Origin: Candidatus Nitrospira inopinata
GTDB lineage: Bacteria > Nitrospirota > Nitrospiria > Nitrospirales > Nitrospiraceae
Length of the DNA stretch: 32,000 nt
Reading direction: 5' to 3'
Assembly: GCF_001458695.1 (NCBI RefSeq)
Contig: NZ_LN885086.1
Location: 1,350,001-1,382,000, forward strand
The position numbers were made by a program, and so were the translations under genes. The notes under the pieces are model-generated. The model did no database searches, had not been told where the DNA came from, and worked only from the letters and a program-made list of their open reading frames with translations. This document shows positions 16,768 to 25,525 of the stretch, piece by piece. Position 1 is the first letter of the stretch, and each line of letters opens with the position of its first letter.

Positions 16768-17384
16768 CCGGCCGCGGCGGCCTCCCCTCGGTACATCGTG
16801 CCTCCGATGCGAGGAATTCCCTCCATTTCGAATCGATCCACGCGAAGGAGCCTGAGCCCGCCTTGCTCGATCAGGCGATCGATCCGTCTGTTCAGGTTGC
16901 AGCCACACCCGATGATATTCTGAATCGGATTGAGCCGGTGCTGCCAGGCCGCGACGTTCGGATCGTCGCTCAGTCCGTGTTCCAAGAAGAGAAAACGTCC
17001 ATCCGGTTTGAGGACGCGGCCGACCTCCCGCAGCGCCTGGACCGGATCGGGAATCGTGCAGAGGGTCCAGGTGCTCACCACGAAATCGAAGGAGCGATCG
17101 TCGGACGGCAACGTTTCGGCGCTTCTCCGGTCGAATCGGACCGGAAACGGGGCGGCGGCCACGCGGCGCGCGACTCGTTCAGGGAGCAACTCGGCCGGGT
17201 CCACGGCATGCAGTTGCACGACATGGCGGGGATAGTGCGAAAGGTTGAGACCTGTCCCGAACCCCAGTTCCAGCACCTGGCCATGAACCGGTGCGAGCAG
17301 TTCGGACCGCAGGCGGCGGAATTCCTCCGCCGCCATGAGCCGGTCCATCAAACGGGGGAAGATGTGGTCGCCGTAGAATCCCAT
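16695..17384 (-). CDS. Class I SAM-dependent methyltransferase
   Basis: The SAM motif I is VLELGFGTGLNLSHYP, and LKPDGRFLFLEHG is also present. I prefer the ATG at 17384 (MGFYGDHIFPRLMDRLM) because the 17468 start would leave only 20 nt before the divergent leuS. The 3' end overlaps the convergent HAD gene by 73 nt. Confidence 0.8.
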   Translation of the reverse strand: MGFYGDHIFPRLMDRLMAAEEFRRLRSELLAPVHGQVLELGFGTGLNLSHYPRHVVQLHAVDPAELLPERVARRVAAAPFPVRFDRRSAETLPSDDRSFDFVVSTWTLCTIPDPVQALREVGRVLKPDGRFLFLEHGLSDDPNVAAWQHRLNPIQNIIGCGCNLNRRIDRLIEQGGLRLLRVDRFEMEGIPRIGGTMYRGEAAAAGQLALTKDDSRSTDGKPAEGAGGS

Positions 17385-17429
17385 CGCGCGCCGGAAGACG
17401 GGGCCCTCGGCCCGTCGAACTCTCAAACC

Positions 17430-17458
17430 TTGTGAGCCCGAAGGGGCTGTGCTAGATT
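17430..17458 (+). promoter_or_regulatory. Sigma70-like promoter TTGTGA-N17-TAGATT upstream of leuS
   Basis: TTGTGA lies at 17430-17435 and TAGATT at 17453-17458, about 30 nt before the leuS ATG. Motif match only. Confidence 0.3.
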
Positions 17459-17488
17459 CCTGCCTCATTTTTTGAATACCATGCGATC

Positions 17489-19924
17489 ATGAGCAAAGGC
17501 TACGATCACCAGGCTATCGAGGCCAAGTGGCAACGGTACTGGGAAGAACAGAAAACCTTCCGAGTCGCCGAAGATCCGTCGAAGCCCAAATTTTACTGTC
17601 TCGACATGTTTCCCTATCCGTCCGGTTCCGGGCTGCATGTCGGCCATCTGGAGGGCTACACGGCGACCGACATCGTGTCACGGTATAAACGGATGCGAGG
17701 ATTCAACGTGCTGCATCCCATGGGGTGGGATGCGTTCGGGCTCCCGGCCGAACAGTACGCGGTCAAGACTGGCGTCCACCCCGCGATCACCACCGCGCAA
17801 AATATCGCCACGTTCAAGCGCCAGATGAAGCGGGTCGGGCTCTCCTACGATTGGGATCGCGAACTGAGCACGACCGACCCCAACTACTATCGCTGGACCC
17901 AGTGGATCTTCTTGAAACTGTTCGAGCGGGGTTTGGCCTACGTCGCCGAGGTGCCGGTGAATTGGTGCCCCGCGTTGGGGACGGTGCTCGCGAACGAAGA
18001 GATCGTGGACGGCAAGAGCGAAGTAGGCGGCTTCGAGGTGATCCGCAAACCGATGCGGCAGTGGGTCTTAAAAATCACGGCCTACGCCGACCGGCTGTTG
18101 GAAGACTTGAAGCTTGTCGATTGGCCGGCCAGCACACTCGAAATGCAAAAGAACTGGATCGGTCGCTCGATCGGGGCCGAGGTCGAGTTTCCCTTGGCCG
18201 ACGTCAAGGGAGCCGTTCGCGTCTTTACGACCAGGCCGGATACGCTCTTCGGCGCCACGTACATGGTCCTGGCGCCCGAGCACCATCTGGTGGACATCGT
18301 GACGACCGATGGGCAGCGGGAGGCCGTGGCTGCCTACCGCGACGCCGCGGCGAGAAAAAGCGATCTGCAACGGCAGGAGCTTGAGAGAGAGAAAACCGGC
18401 GTCTTCACCGGCGGGTACGCCGTCAATCCGGTCAACGGCGAGCGGCTGCCGATTTGGATCGCCGACTACGTGCTGATGAGCTACGGCACGGGCGCGATCA
18501 TGGCGGTGCCGGCCCATGACGAGCGAGACTGGGCCTTTGCGCGGCGGTATCGGCTGCCCGTCCGCGAGGTGATCGCCGGCGGGAACGTCGAAGAGGCGGC
18601 CTTCACCGACATCGAGCGCGGAACCGTCGTCAACTCAACGACCCCGGACGGGAGCTTTTCTATCAATGGACTTATACCGGCGGAAGCGATTCCCACGATC
18701 ACCGACTGGCTGGAGAAACAGGGCAAAGGCAAACGCACGGTCAACTATAAGTTGCGGGATTGGCTGTTTTCGCGACAGCGGTATTGGGGCGAGCCGTTTC
18801 CCATCCTGTGGGTCGATGGGGAGCCGCGTCCCTTGCCGGAAGAACAACTTCCCTTGAAATTGCCGGAGGCGAGCAACTTCAAACCGTCGGGCACGGGGGA
18901 AAGTCCGCTGGCGAATCTTGAATCCTGGCTTCAGACGACCGACCCGGCGACGGGCAAACCGGCGCGGCGCGAAACCAACACGATGCCGCAATGGGCCGGG
19001 TCCTGCTGGTACTACCTGCGATTCATCGATCCGAAGAATTCCGAGCGCCTCGTCGACATCGCCAAAGAGCGGTATTGGATGCCGGTCGATCTGTACATCG
19101 GCGGCAGCGAGCACGCGGTCCTGCACCTGCTGTATGCCCGGTTTTGGCACAAGGTGCTGTACGACGTCGGCGTCGCCTCGACGCCGGAGCCGTTTAAGAA
19201 GCTGGTGCATCAGGGCATCGTGCTGGGCGAGGACAATCAAAAGATGTCCAAGTCACGCGGCAACGTGGTGAATCCGGACGAGATGATCGATCGGTTCGGC
19301 GCGGACGCGGTGCGGATGTACGAGATGTTCATGGGGCCGCTCGAAGCGATGAAGCCCTGGAGCACGAGAGGCGTGGAGGGCGTCACCCGTTTCCTCGAAC
19401 GGGTCTGGCGGCTCATGGTCGATGAAGAGGGACGATTGTCCGCCGTCGTGATCTCGTCGGCTCCGACCGTGGATCAGCAGCGGCTGCTCCACCGGACGAT
19501 CAAAAAAGTCACCGAGGATATCGAGGCGCTGCGGTTCAACACGGCGATCTCGCAGATGATGATCTTCACCAACGAAATGACCAAGGCCGAGCAACGGCCT
19601 CGGGCTCTGCTCGAACCCTTCGTATTGTTATTGGCACCCTTCGCCCCCCACTTGGCCGAAGAGCTGTGGGAACGGTTGGGGCATCCACCGAGCGTGTCGC
19701 AGCAACCATGGCCGTCCTATGATCCGGCCCTGACGGTGGCCGAGCAGGTGACGATTCCGGTGCAAGTGAACGGCCGGTTGCGGGGCAAGGTCGAAGTGGA
19801 CCACGACGCGCCGCGCGACTTAGTCGAACGCCTTGCCCGGGAAGAAGTAGGCGGATGGATTCAGGGTAAGGAGCTCAAAAAAGTGGTGTACGTCGAGAAG
19901 AAGCTGATCAATTTCGTGGTGTAA
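17489..19924 (+). CDS. leuS: Leucyl-tRNA synthetase
   Basis: 811-aa product with the class I HIGH motif ([16 protein letters not shown]) and the KMSKS motif ([10 protein letters not shown]), plus the bacterial LeuRS editing (CP1) domain. Confidence 0.97.
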   Translation: MSKGYDHQAIEAKWQRYWEEQKTFRVAEDPSKPKFYCLDMFPYPSGSGLHVGHLEGYTATDIVSRYKRMRGFNVLHPMGWDAFGLPAEQYAVKTGVHPAITTAQNIATFKRQMKRVGLSYDWDRELSTTDPNYYRWTQWIFLKLFERGLAYVAEVPVNWCPALGTVLANEEIVDGKSEVGGFEVIRKPMRQWVLKITAYADRLLEDLKLVDWPASTLEMQKNWIGRSIGAEVEFPLADVKGAVRVFTTRPDTLFGATYMVLAPEHHLVDIVTTDGQREAVAAYRDAAARKSDLQRQELEREKTGVFTGGYAVNPVNGERLPIWIADYVLMSYGTGAIMAVPAHDERDWAFARRYRLPVREVIAGGNVEEAAFTDIERGTVVNSTTPDGSFSINGLIPAEAIPTITDWLEKQGKGKRTVNYKLRDWLFSRQRYWGEPFPILWVDGEPRPLPEEQLPLKLPEASNFKPSGTGESPLANLESWLQTTDPATGKPARRETNTMPQWAGSCWYYLRFIDPKNSERLVDIAKERYWMPVDLYIGGSEHAVLHLLYARFWHKVLYDVGVASTPEPFKKLVHQGIVLGEDNQKMSKSRGNVVNPDEMIDRFGADAVRMYEMFMGPLEAMKPWSTRGVEGVTRFLERVWRLMVDEEGRLSAVVISSAPTVDQQRLLHRTIKKVTEDIEALRFNTAISQMMIFTNEMTKAEQRPRALLEPFVLLLAPFAPHLAEELWERLGHPPSVSQQPWPSYDPALTVAEQVTIPVQVNGRLRGKVEVDHDAPRDLVERLAREEVGGWIQGKELKKVVYVEKKLINFVV

Positions 19925-19959
19925 GGGTAATGCGGAGCGTTGATGAGAGCGCCGACAAG

Positions 19960-20607
19960 ATGGAGCGGAGCATCGGCGCGAGGCCAAGCAAGCCGACGTG
20001 GTCGATGCTCGCATCCGCCACCCTTGTCGTCGCGGTGGTGATCAATGGGCCGGCCGGTTGCGGCTATCAGTTTCGCGTGGAAGGAGCCGGTCCGACCATC
20101 GGCGGCGCGGATCGTTCCGCGGCGCAGGGGCCCGCGCCGCGTCTGGCGATCAAAACGTTGGTCAACCGGAGTTTCGAGCCGAACTTGGAAACACGCTACA
20201 CGAACTATGTGCGGTACGAGTTTTCGTCCGGCAGCGGGGCGCAGGTCGTGCCGGATTCCGCCGCGGCCGATTTGGTCTTAACCGGCGAGATCCTTTCCGT
20301 GAGCATGCCCACGGTGAGTTTCAGCCAGACGACGACGACGGAAAGCCGGACGGAAGTGGTGTTGCGGCTCGACGTGGAAGAGGTCAAGACGAAGAAAAAA
20401 ATCTGGAGCCAAGTGGCGAAAGGCGCCTCGGAGTTTTTTGTCACGCGGGATCTCCAGTTCAATCGCGTGTTACAGAATCGGGCGCTGGAGCAAGCCGGTC
20501 GCTTTGCGGCGGCCGATTTGGCCGCGCGGTTTCTGTTGTATGTCGAATCCGGCGGAGCGGCCGCGTCTCGCGACCGCTCCGCGACGCCGACTTCGTCGGC
20601 CCCGTGA
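19960..20607 (+). CDS. lptE: LPS-assembly lipoprotein LptE (RlpB-like)
   Basis: A lipoprotein signal with cleavage at PAGCGYQFR parallels E. coli LptE (AGCGWHLR). The position between leuS and holA matches the conserved leuS-lptE-holA arrangement. The start is ambiguous (19930, 19960 or 20005, all in frame). Confidence 0.65.
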   Translation: MERSIGARPSKPTWSMLASATLVVAVVINGPAGCGYQFRVEGAGPTIGGADRSAAQGPAPRLAIKTLVNRSFEPNLETRYTNYVRYEFSSGSGAQVVPDSAAADLVLTGEILSVSMPTVSFSQTTTTESRTEVVLRLDVEEVKTKKKIWSQVAKGASEFFVTRDLQFNRVLQNRALEQAGRFAAADLAARFLLYVESGGAAASRDRSATPTSSAP

Positions 20608-20626
20608 CGCGGGCGAGGGACTCGAA

Positions 20627-21733
20627 ATGGCACCGACGCTGAATCCCTATCAACTCGAGGCGGCCTTGAACAAACAGGCGCCCGGGCCGTTGTATCTCGT
20701 CATCGGCGAGGAGGATCTGCTCAGAGATCACGCGCTGGCCCTGTTGAAGGCCGCCATCCTCGGCGACGGCGGCGACTTCAATTACGATCTGTTCTATGGA
20801 GATGAAGCCGCCGGGGCCGATATCCGAAACTGTGCGTCGGAACTGCCGGCGTTCGCCGAGCGCCGGCTCGTCGTCGTGAAAGCGGCCGAGAAACTTCCGG
20901 CTCGGGAGACGGAAACGTTGGTCGAGTATCTGAGCGATCCGGTGGAGACCACGACGCTGGTCTTTGTCAGTCCCAAGCTGGACGGCCGATTGAAATTTTC
21001 TCAGGCGCTGACCCGTCGGGCCGTCCTGATCGACTGTTCGCCGCCGCGCGAGGCGCAACTCAACGCCTGGGTGACTCGGGAGGCCGAGCGGCTGGGGATT
21101 CGGCTGGACGAGCAGGCGCATCATGCCCTGAGAGAAGCGGTCGGGGGATCGCTGCATGGATTGCGGAGAGAAATGGAGAAACTTGCGGCCTATACGTCGC
21201 CCGCCTGTTCCGTGACCGCCGCCGACGTTCAGGCGCTCCGCGGTATCGAGCCCGGCGCCTCGATCTTCGACCTGACGCTCGCGATCGCCGAGGGACAGCG
21301 CGGCCGGGCCCTGTCAATCCTCGCGCGCAACCTCGAAGCCGGTGAAGCGCCGCTTCGCCTGCTGGGCTCCCTTGCCTGGCAATACCGCCGCATTTGGAAA
21401 GTCAAAGAGTCGCTGGCCGGCGGAGGCCGAGACGGGGAAGCCGCCCGAACGTTGCGCATGGACCCGGAGCGAGTCAGGTCGTTTGTGTCGCGCTTTTCGT
21501 TCGAGCATCTCCTTGCGGTTTCCCGCCTGTTGTTTGAAGCCGACGATCACCTCAAGGGCGGCGGCGGGAGCCGGCCAAAAATCGTGCTGGAGCGTCTGTT
21601 GTTTCGTCTCTGCGACCTTGCGCCGAACAAGCCGGGGGGGGCGACGCCGACTCCGACGAAGGCCGGTCGGGGGCAGACCCGCGTCGTCTCGAACGTGCGG
21701 ACGGTCAGGAGCGGGAGCCGGACAGGGCGTTGA
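20627..21733 (+). CDS. holA: DNA polymerase III delta subunit
   Basis: The ATG at 20627 opens MAPTLNPYQLEAALNKQAPGPLYLVIGEEDLLRDHAL, the typical HolA N-terminus. LVVVKAAEKL is present and the gene follows lptE. The Pro/Gly/Thr/Arg-rich C-terminal tail overlaps the convergent rpsT by 29 nt. Confidence 0.85.
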   Translation: MAPTLNPYQLEAALNKQAPGPLYLVIGEEDLLRDHALALLKAAILGDGGDFNYDLFYGDEAAGADIRNCASELPAFAERRLVVVKAAEKLPARETETLVEYLSDPVETTTLVFVSPKLDGRLKFSQALTRRAVLIDCSPPREAQLNAWVTREAERLGIRLDEQAHHALREAVGGSLHGLRREMEKLAAYTSPACSVTAADVQALRGIEPGASIFDLTLAIAEGQRGRALSILARNLEAGEAPLRLLGSLAWQYRRIWKVKESLAGGGRDGEAARTLRMDPERVRSFVSRFSFEHLLAVSRLLFEADDHLKGGGGSRPKIVLERLLFRLCDLAPNKPGGATPTPTKAGRGQTRVVSNVRTVRSGSRTGR

Positions 21734-21983
21734 CGCGCAGTGTGAGGCGGGAAATACGGCGGGAGGCCGTGTTTCGCTTGAGCACGCCTTTGGACGCGGC
21801 TTTCCTGATCGTGGAAACGGCCTCGCGCAGGAGCGACGCGGCGTCGTCCGCTTTCTTGTCGGTGACGGCCGCCAAGACTTTTTTAGTGATCGTTTTGACG
21901 GTGTTCATGGTGGCCCGGTTTCGTTCGCGCCGGCGTTCCGCCTGGCGGGCCCTGCGAATGGTGGATTTATGAATGACAGGCAT
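21705..21983 (-). CDS. rpsT: 30S ribosomal protein S20
   Basis: The ATG at 21983 is preceded by GGAGGAACC. MPVIHKSTIRRARQAERRRERNRATMNTVKTITKKV...KGVLKRNTASRRISRL matches bS20. Confidence 0.92.
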   Translation of the reverse strand: MPVIHKSTIRRARQAERRRERNRATMNTVKTITKKVLAAVTDKKADDAASLLREAVSTIRKAASKGVLKRNTASRRISRLTLRVNALSGSRS

Positions 21984-22078
21984 CGTTGGTTCCTCCAAAC
22001 AGGAGGCTTCGTGTATCATACAGCGTCTTGGTTCGTCAAGGATCGCGGCTTGGAAAGGATGAGAAGGGGAGCAATTCG

Positions 22079-22792
22079 ATGCCGAACATTGTGGCGCGCG
22101 ACCGTTTGATTTTCGCGTTGGACGTGCCGTCCGCCGACGAAGCGGAGCGGCTCTTGGATCGTCTCAAGGGGCACGTGTCCTTCGTCAAGGTCGGGTTGGA
22201 GTTGTACACGGTGGCGGGGCCCGACATGGTGAAGCGGCTGGTGGATCGAAAGATGCGGATCTTTCTCGATTTGAAGTTTCTCGATATCGAAGAAACGGTG
22301 CGGCGGGCGACGGCGCGAGTCGCCTCCATGGGCGTCGAGTTCCTGACGGTCCATGCCAATCGAAAGGCTCTGACTGCGGCGGTGGAAGGGCGGGCCGGCT
22401 CGGCGCTCAAGTTGTTGGCCGTGACCGTGCTGACGAACTTCGACGACCATGATTTGCGCGAGATGGGGATTCAGCGAAGCATCCAGGATCTGGTGACGGC
22501 TCGGGCCATGCTCGCCTCGGAAATCGGGTGCGACGGCGTGATCGCGTCCGGCAGGGAAGCGACCGCCATCCGGCAGAGAGTCGGCCCTCGCTTTATGATC
22601 GTGACACCGGGCGTCCGACCGGCGGGGAAGGGAACCGACGACCATGCCAGGGTGACGACCCCGTCTCAAGCGATCGCGGAAGGGGCGGATTACCTGGTGA
22701 TCGGCCGGCCTATTCGAGACGCGGCCGATCCCCCCTCGGCCGTCGAGGCGATCGTCGCCGAAATGCAGGCGGCCTTCGACGCCCGCGGCTGA
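22079..22792 (+). CDS. pyrF: Orotidine 5'-phosphate decarboxylase
   Basis: The ATG at 22079 is preceded by AAGGGGA. LIFALDV, FVKVGLELY, the catalytic IFLDLKFLDI motif, VTPGVR and LVIGRPI are all present. Length is 237 aa. Confidence 0.9.
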   Translation: MPNIVARDRLIFALDVPSADEAERLLDRLKGHVSFVKVGLELYTVAGPDMVKRLVDRKMRIFLDLKFLDIEETVRRATARVASMGVEFLTVHANRKALTAAVEGRAGSALKLLAVTVLTNFDDHDLREMGIQRSIQDLVTARAMLASEIGCDGVIASGREATAIRQRVGPRFMIVTPGVRPAGKGTDDHARVTTPSQAIAEGADYLVIGRPIRDAADPPSAVEAIVAEMQAAFDARG

Positions 22793-22860
22793 CCTCGGTT
22801 GCGGGGCTCCGGCGCTCTTTGCTAAGATCGTCGCCTGCCGTACACGATCCTTCCTGGGAT

Positions 22861-22938
22861 GGTGGATGTAGCTCAGTTGGTCAGAGCGCCGGATTGTGGA
22901 TCCGGAGGTCGCGGGTTCGACACCCGTCATCCACCCCA
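22861..22938 (+). tRNA. tRNA-His (anticodon GTG) with the extra 5' G(-1) and a genomically encoded CCA
   Basis: The cloverleaf was folded by hand. G-1 pairs with the discriminator C. The acceptor stem is GTGGATG/CATCCAC, the D arm AGCTCAGTTGGTCAGAGC, and the anticodon arm CCGGA-TTGTGGA-TCCGG. The variable loop is AGGTC and the T arm GCGGG-TTCGACA-CCCGT, followed by CCA. Confidence 0.95.
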
Positions 22939-23050
22939 CTTCGTTATTTCACCTGGTCTCAGCTTGGCGACGATCCAGGTCTATTGGCTTGGCCCGTTGC
23001 TCGCCGGGGAACAACAGCCGGGACCTGGAAGAACCTCTCTTGAGCCTGTG

Positions 23051-23097
23051 ACTCTCTCACGTTCTGAGGCGGGGGATTTTTCGTGAGGAATGAGAGT
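23051..23097. repeat. Imperfect inverted repeat ACTCTCTCACG / CGTGAGGAATGAGAGT, 113 nt 3' of tRNA-His
   Basis: The arms lie at 23051-23061 and 23082-23097 (6 + 5 bp with a 5-nt bulge). The loop of 20 nt contains GGGGGATTTTT. Function unknown. Confidence 0.5.
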
Positions 23098-23525
23098 ATC
23101 CTTCGGTGTTACGCTTCGTGATTCCTTCCGCCAGGCAAGCCGTGCTTGACATGCCAACCGCGCATCAGCTTGCGTTGCGGTCAAGAACCGTTCGTTCGTG
23201 GGCGGCGCAACAAGCGGCGGCGCGGCGTTGGTTAACCATGCCGCTTTCAGCGCAACGCCTGACATTATCGCTGGAGATATTTCCCATCGAATGCAGGTCA
23301 TCAAACCAGGGTGTGATCCTATTGCTCTCTTTGTCGGTCATACTGACGTGATGTGTGAAGTAGTCGGCACGTTCCAGAGATAAACAGCCAACCTCCGTCG
23401 CACCCGCGACCACTGGCGGCAGTGATTGCGGTCTCGACCATCGTGAGGTAACGTCTCTCATGCTATTCAGACGACAGCGCTGAGTCCTTACGCTTCTGAA
23501 CGCCCTGGATGGTTCAATCGGTCAC

Positions 23526-23792
23526 TTGGATTTCCAGAAAATCCTCTTCCTCAACACGAAGGAATATGAGGACAAGCCAAGCTACGAGTTTGTGCCCGAT
23601 CGATGTGGGGGATTCTCCTTCGCGTCTTACGCAGACAAGCGCCGCCTGCTTGAGGCAGGTTTTTGGGAAAAGGACGAGCAGCACTGGCAACTGACTAAGG
23701 CGGGGCGGCAGGAAGCGATGCAGCGCCCCGTCTCGAGGGAGCGGGTGATCAGATTTTGCCAGCGCACGCTGACTTGCGGGGCAACGCACTGA
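23526..23792 (+). CDS. Hypothetical 88-aa protein (orphan, lower-GC islet)
   Basis: The composition looks protein-like (FLNTKEYEDKPSYEFVPDRCGGFSFASYADKRRLLEAGFWEKDEQHWQLTKAG). Only a TTG start is available and there is no clear SD. Local GC is about 43-57%. Confidence 0.35.
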   Translation: MDFQKILFLNTKEYEDKPSYEFVPDRCGGFSFASYADKRRLLEAGFWEKDEQHWQLTKAGRQEAMQRPVSRERVIRFCQRTLTCGATH

Positions 23793-23981
23793 GCGCGGAG
23801 ATCTATCGGCGCTATCCATACTATGACTATGTCAACTCTGCTACACCGAGCAAAGTTGTTAACAAGGTCTGCCGGACGCGAAGTCTCGTCAGCGTGTCGC
23901 AGAGGCTGTTGTGAATCGAGGGGGACCGGCGCTCTTTCCCGCCCCCGCGAAGGCGGCGGACAGAAAGTCGAGCGGGTTTGT

Positions 23982-24182
23982 GTCATTGATTGGGACGATC
24001 CCGCCGTAAAGATTTTATGCGCTCGTTCGCGCGTGAAGCTGACCATTGAAGACGTGCTCGACCAAGGGCTTCCACGAGCCTACACTCCCGATCTCTACCG
24101 ACAGAAATGCGCCGCGGTCTTCGAACACGTCTATGAAACATACGGAGATCGAGGACACAGCATCTATGGGATCGTCGGGTAG
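23982..24182 (+). pseudogene. Possible C-terminal fragment of a type I restriction enzyme R subunit (HsdR)
   Basis: The last ~66 codons of ORF 23823-24182 read VIDWDDPAVKILCARSRVKLTIEDVLDQGLPRAYTPDLYRQKCAAVFEHVYETYGDRGHSIYG. From memory this resembles the extreme C-terminus of HsdR proteins (..LP..Y...L...K...VF.HVY..Y). The upstream 53 codons are Arg/Gly/Cys-rich junk, and no helicase or nuclease part is present. Not verified by search. Confidence 0.35.
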
Positions 24183-24440
24183 ATGTCAGGCTGTTCCCTC
24201 GATAGTGAAAGGCGATCCGGATCAAGAGGCCGTCACTGGAGCGGATGCAGGTTGCCAGCGGCCAAAACCCTCTTCGCCGTGGGTGACTCACACCCCCTTA
24301 CCTTTCGTAGACTCGGGTTTTGACCGGCGGTCAGCATGGAGGGCCTGGTATCGGAGGCGGCGACCGGTTTGACAAGATCGGCGCCGCCCCTCGACGGCTT
24401 GAGATCAGATTCAGTCAAGCGAGTTTCCAGCCATGCGCGT

Positions 24441-24881
24441 TTACAGGCTGCCAGTCACCACGTTGCCGACGATTTGCACGACGTCGGTCTCGTTGACGGT
24501 CACCGAGAGTTTAAGGCTCTTCTTGAACACAAGCGGGGAAGGCCATCCGATGGCGAAGGATTCCACGCCCGCTCCGGACAGATATTGGATGCCGTAGGGG
24601 TTGGCCTGGGTCAGGCCCACGTTGCGGGCCGCGGCAAAAGAAAAATTCACCACGTTTCGGCCGTCGATCTCGAGAATCACAAAGGTCAGATCGGTCGGTC
24701 CTCCCTGTTTCGTGACGTTGGCGGAAAGAAAGAGGCCGGGACCCGTCAGATTGACCAGCGTGTGGGTGCCTTTGGGGGCGGGGGCCTTGAGCCCCTGCGT
24801 TCTGCGGGGATCGCAGACCCCTCCGCTGCATCTCACCGGTTCTGAGGCGGTGTCTTTGGTCGTCTGTTTTTTTGTTGCCAT
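24441..24881 (-). CDS. Hypothetical 146-aa protein, no signal peptide, no recognisable family
   Basis: The ATG at 24881 follows a strong SD (GGAGGAATTCCGATG). The product has a Lys/Thr-rich N-terminus and then a beta-rich-looking body (LTFVILEIDGRNVVNFSFAAARNVGLTQANPYGIQYL...LKLSVTVNETDVVQIVGNVVTG). The overlapping plus-strand ORF 24336-24845 is Arg/Gly/His-rich and judged a shadow. Confidence 0.6.
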   Translation of the reverse strand: MATKKQTTKDTASEPVRCSGGVCDPRRTQGLKAPAPKGTHTLVNLTGPGLFLSANVTKQGGPTDLTFVILEIDGRNVVNFSFAAARNVGLTQANPYGIQYLSGAGVESFAIGWPSPLVFKKSLKLSVTVNETDVVQIVGNVVTGSL

Positions 24882-25133
24882 CGGAATTCCTCCTGTAGTT
24901 AGGGTTAAGACGACGGATTGTTGACGGCGTCCATTCGTCATGTCGGTGCCGCTACGTGGTCGGGTGACCGGTTTGGCGCGAAGAGATGAGACGCCATACG
25001 TGTTTCCACCAGGTAATCCGCACTCTATGCCGGAGCAGGGTACGAGTCAATCGGTAAATGGCTGCTGTGGTACCATGACGATCGAGGACCATGGCGAGGG
25101 GAATGACTTCTCTCGTCCGGCCGGGAGGATGTC

Positions 25134-25364
25134 ATGGTGGATGTGACGACGGATGGGGGACGGGCGGTCATGATCGGCATCGGGGTGGCCGGAGTGGCGT
25201 TGTTTCTCGTCGCGCGAGTCATCGGCTTGATGATCCAGCGAAAGGGGGAGCGGGGGCATCCCCAGCCTCCGGCCCAAGCCTCTCCCCCTATCCGTGGAGA
25301 ATTTGCCGAGCAACCAAGTGATAAGCAGAAAGATGGCACGAGAGAAAGCGACCGTCGGATGTGA
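25134..25364 (+). CDS. Small single-pass membrane protein (76 aa), hypothetical
   Basis: The ATG follows GGGAGGATGTC. One TM helix (AVMIGIGVAGVALFLVARVIGLMI) precedes a Pro/Gln/charged tail. The gene lies 161 nt upstream of the MHYT sensor gene on the same strand. Confidence 0.45.
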   Translation: MVDVTTDGGRAVMIGIGVAGVALFLVARVIGLMIQRKGERGHPQPPAQASPPIRGEFAEQPSDKQKDGTRESDRRM

Positions 25365-25525
25365 GTCCGAAGACGTCGTAGAGTCCGCGGGTGAAGGAAA
25401 AGGGGGACTGACAGCACGTTGCCGTCAGGCGGCAGGGGCTCGCCACCCGTCGGATTGCAAAACGTTCGGTCTCTCGTCATGATGGCGCATCTGTTCGCGT
25501 GAACAAATTTTGAGCGGAGCACGCC

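Noticed and set aside
22859-23086. 75-aa ORF overlapping tRNA-His on the same strand.
   Set aside because: It is a translation of the tRNA gene and its 3' flank. The tRNA cloverleaf explains the sequence.
23198-23383. Plus-strand ORF ending ..SHRMQVIKPGCDPIALFVGHTDVMCEVVGTFQR. It vaguely recalls the C-terminal ..RH......LLGH.D...T..Y box of tyrosine recombinases next to the tRNA.
   Set aside because: Only the GH-DV-T spacing matches. The R-H order is inverted, the catalytic Tyr position is Gly, and no N-terminal integrase sequence is visible in any frame. This is too weak to call without a profile search.
23165-23461. Minus-strand 98-aa ORF in the islet (..ERADYFTHHVSMTDKESNRITPWFDDLHSMGNISSDNV..).
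   Set aside because: I recognise no motif and see no clear SD. It overlaps two other ORFs of similar length in other frames, so I cannot decide which, if any, is coding.
24356-24388. GC-rich hairpin GGCGGCGACCG-(12-nt loop)-CGGCGCCGCC, considered as an intrinsic terminator. A similar hairpin GTGGCG-(N10)-CGCCAC lies at 9305-9326 between the convergent epimerase and rhodanese genes.
   Set aside because: Neither is followed by a T/U tract on either strand. They may still act as termination or stability elements, but that cannot be supported from sequence alone.
25134-25144. The 11-nt string ATGGTGGATGT occurs at the 5' edge of tRNA-His (22859-22869) and again at 25134-25144. I considered it as a possible att-type direct repeat bounding an island.
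   Set aside because: Integrase att repeats normally duplicate the tRNA 3' end, not the 5' end. Given the many k-mers compared by eye, one 11-mer match in 32 kb is not significant. In addition, the GC dip ends about 900 nt before this site.
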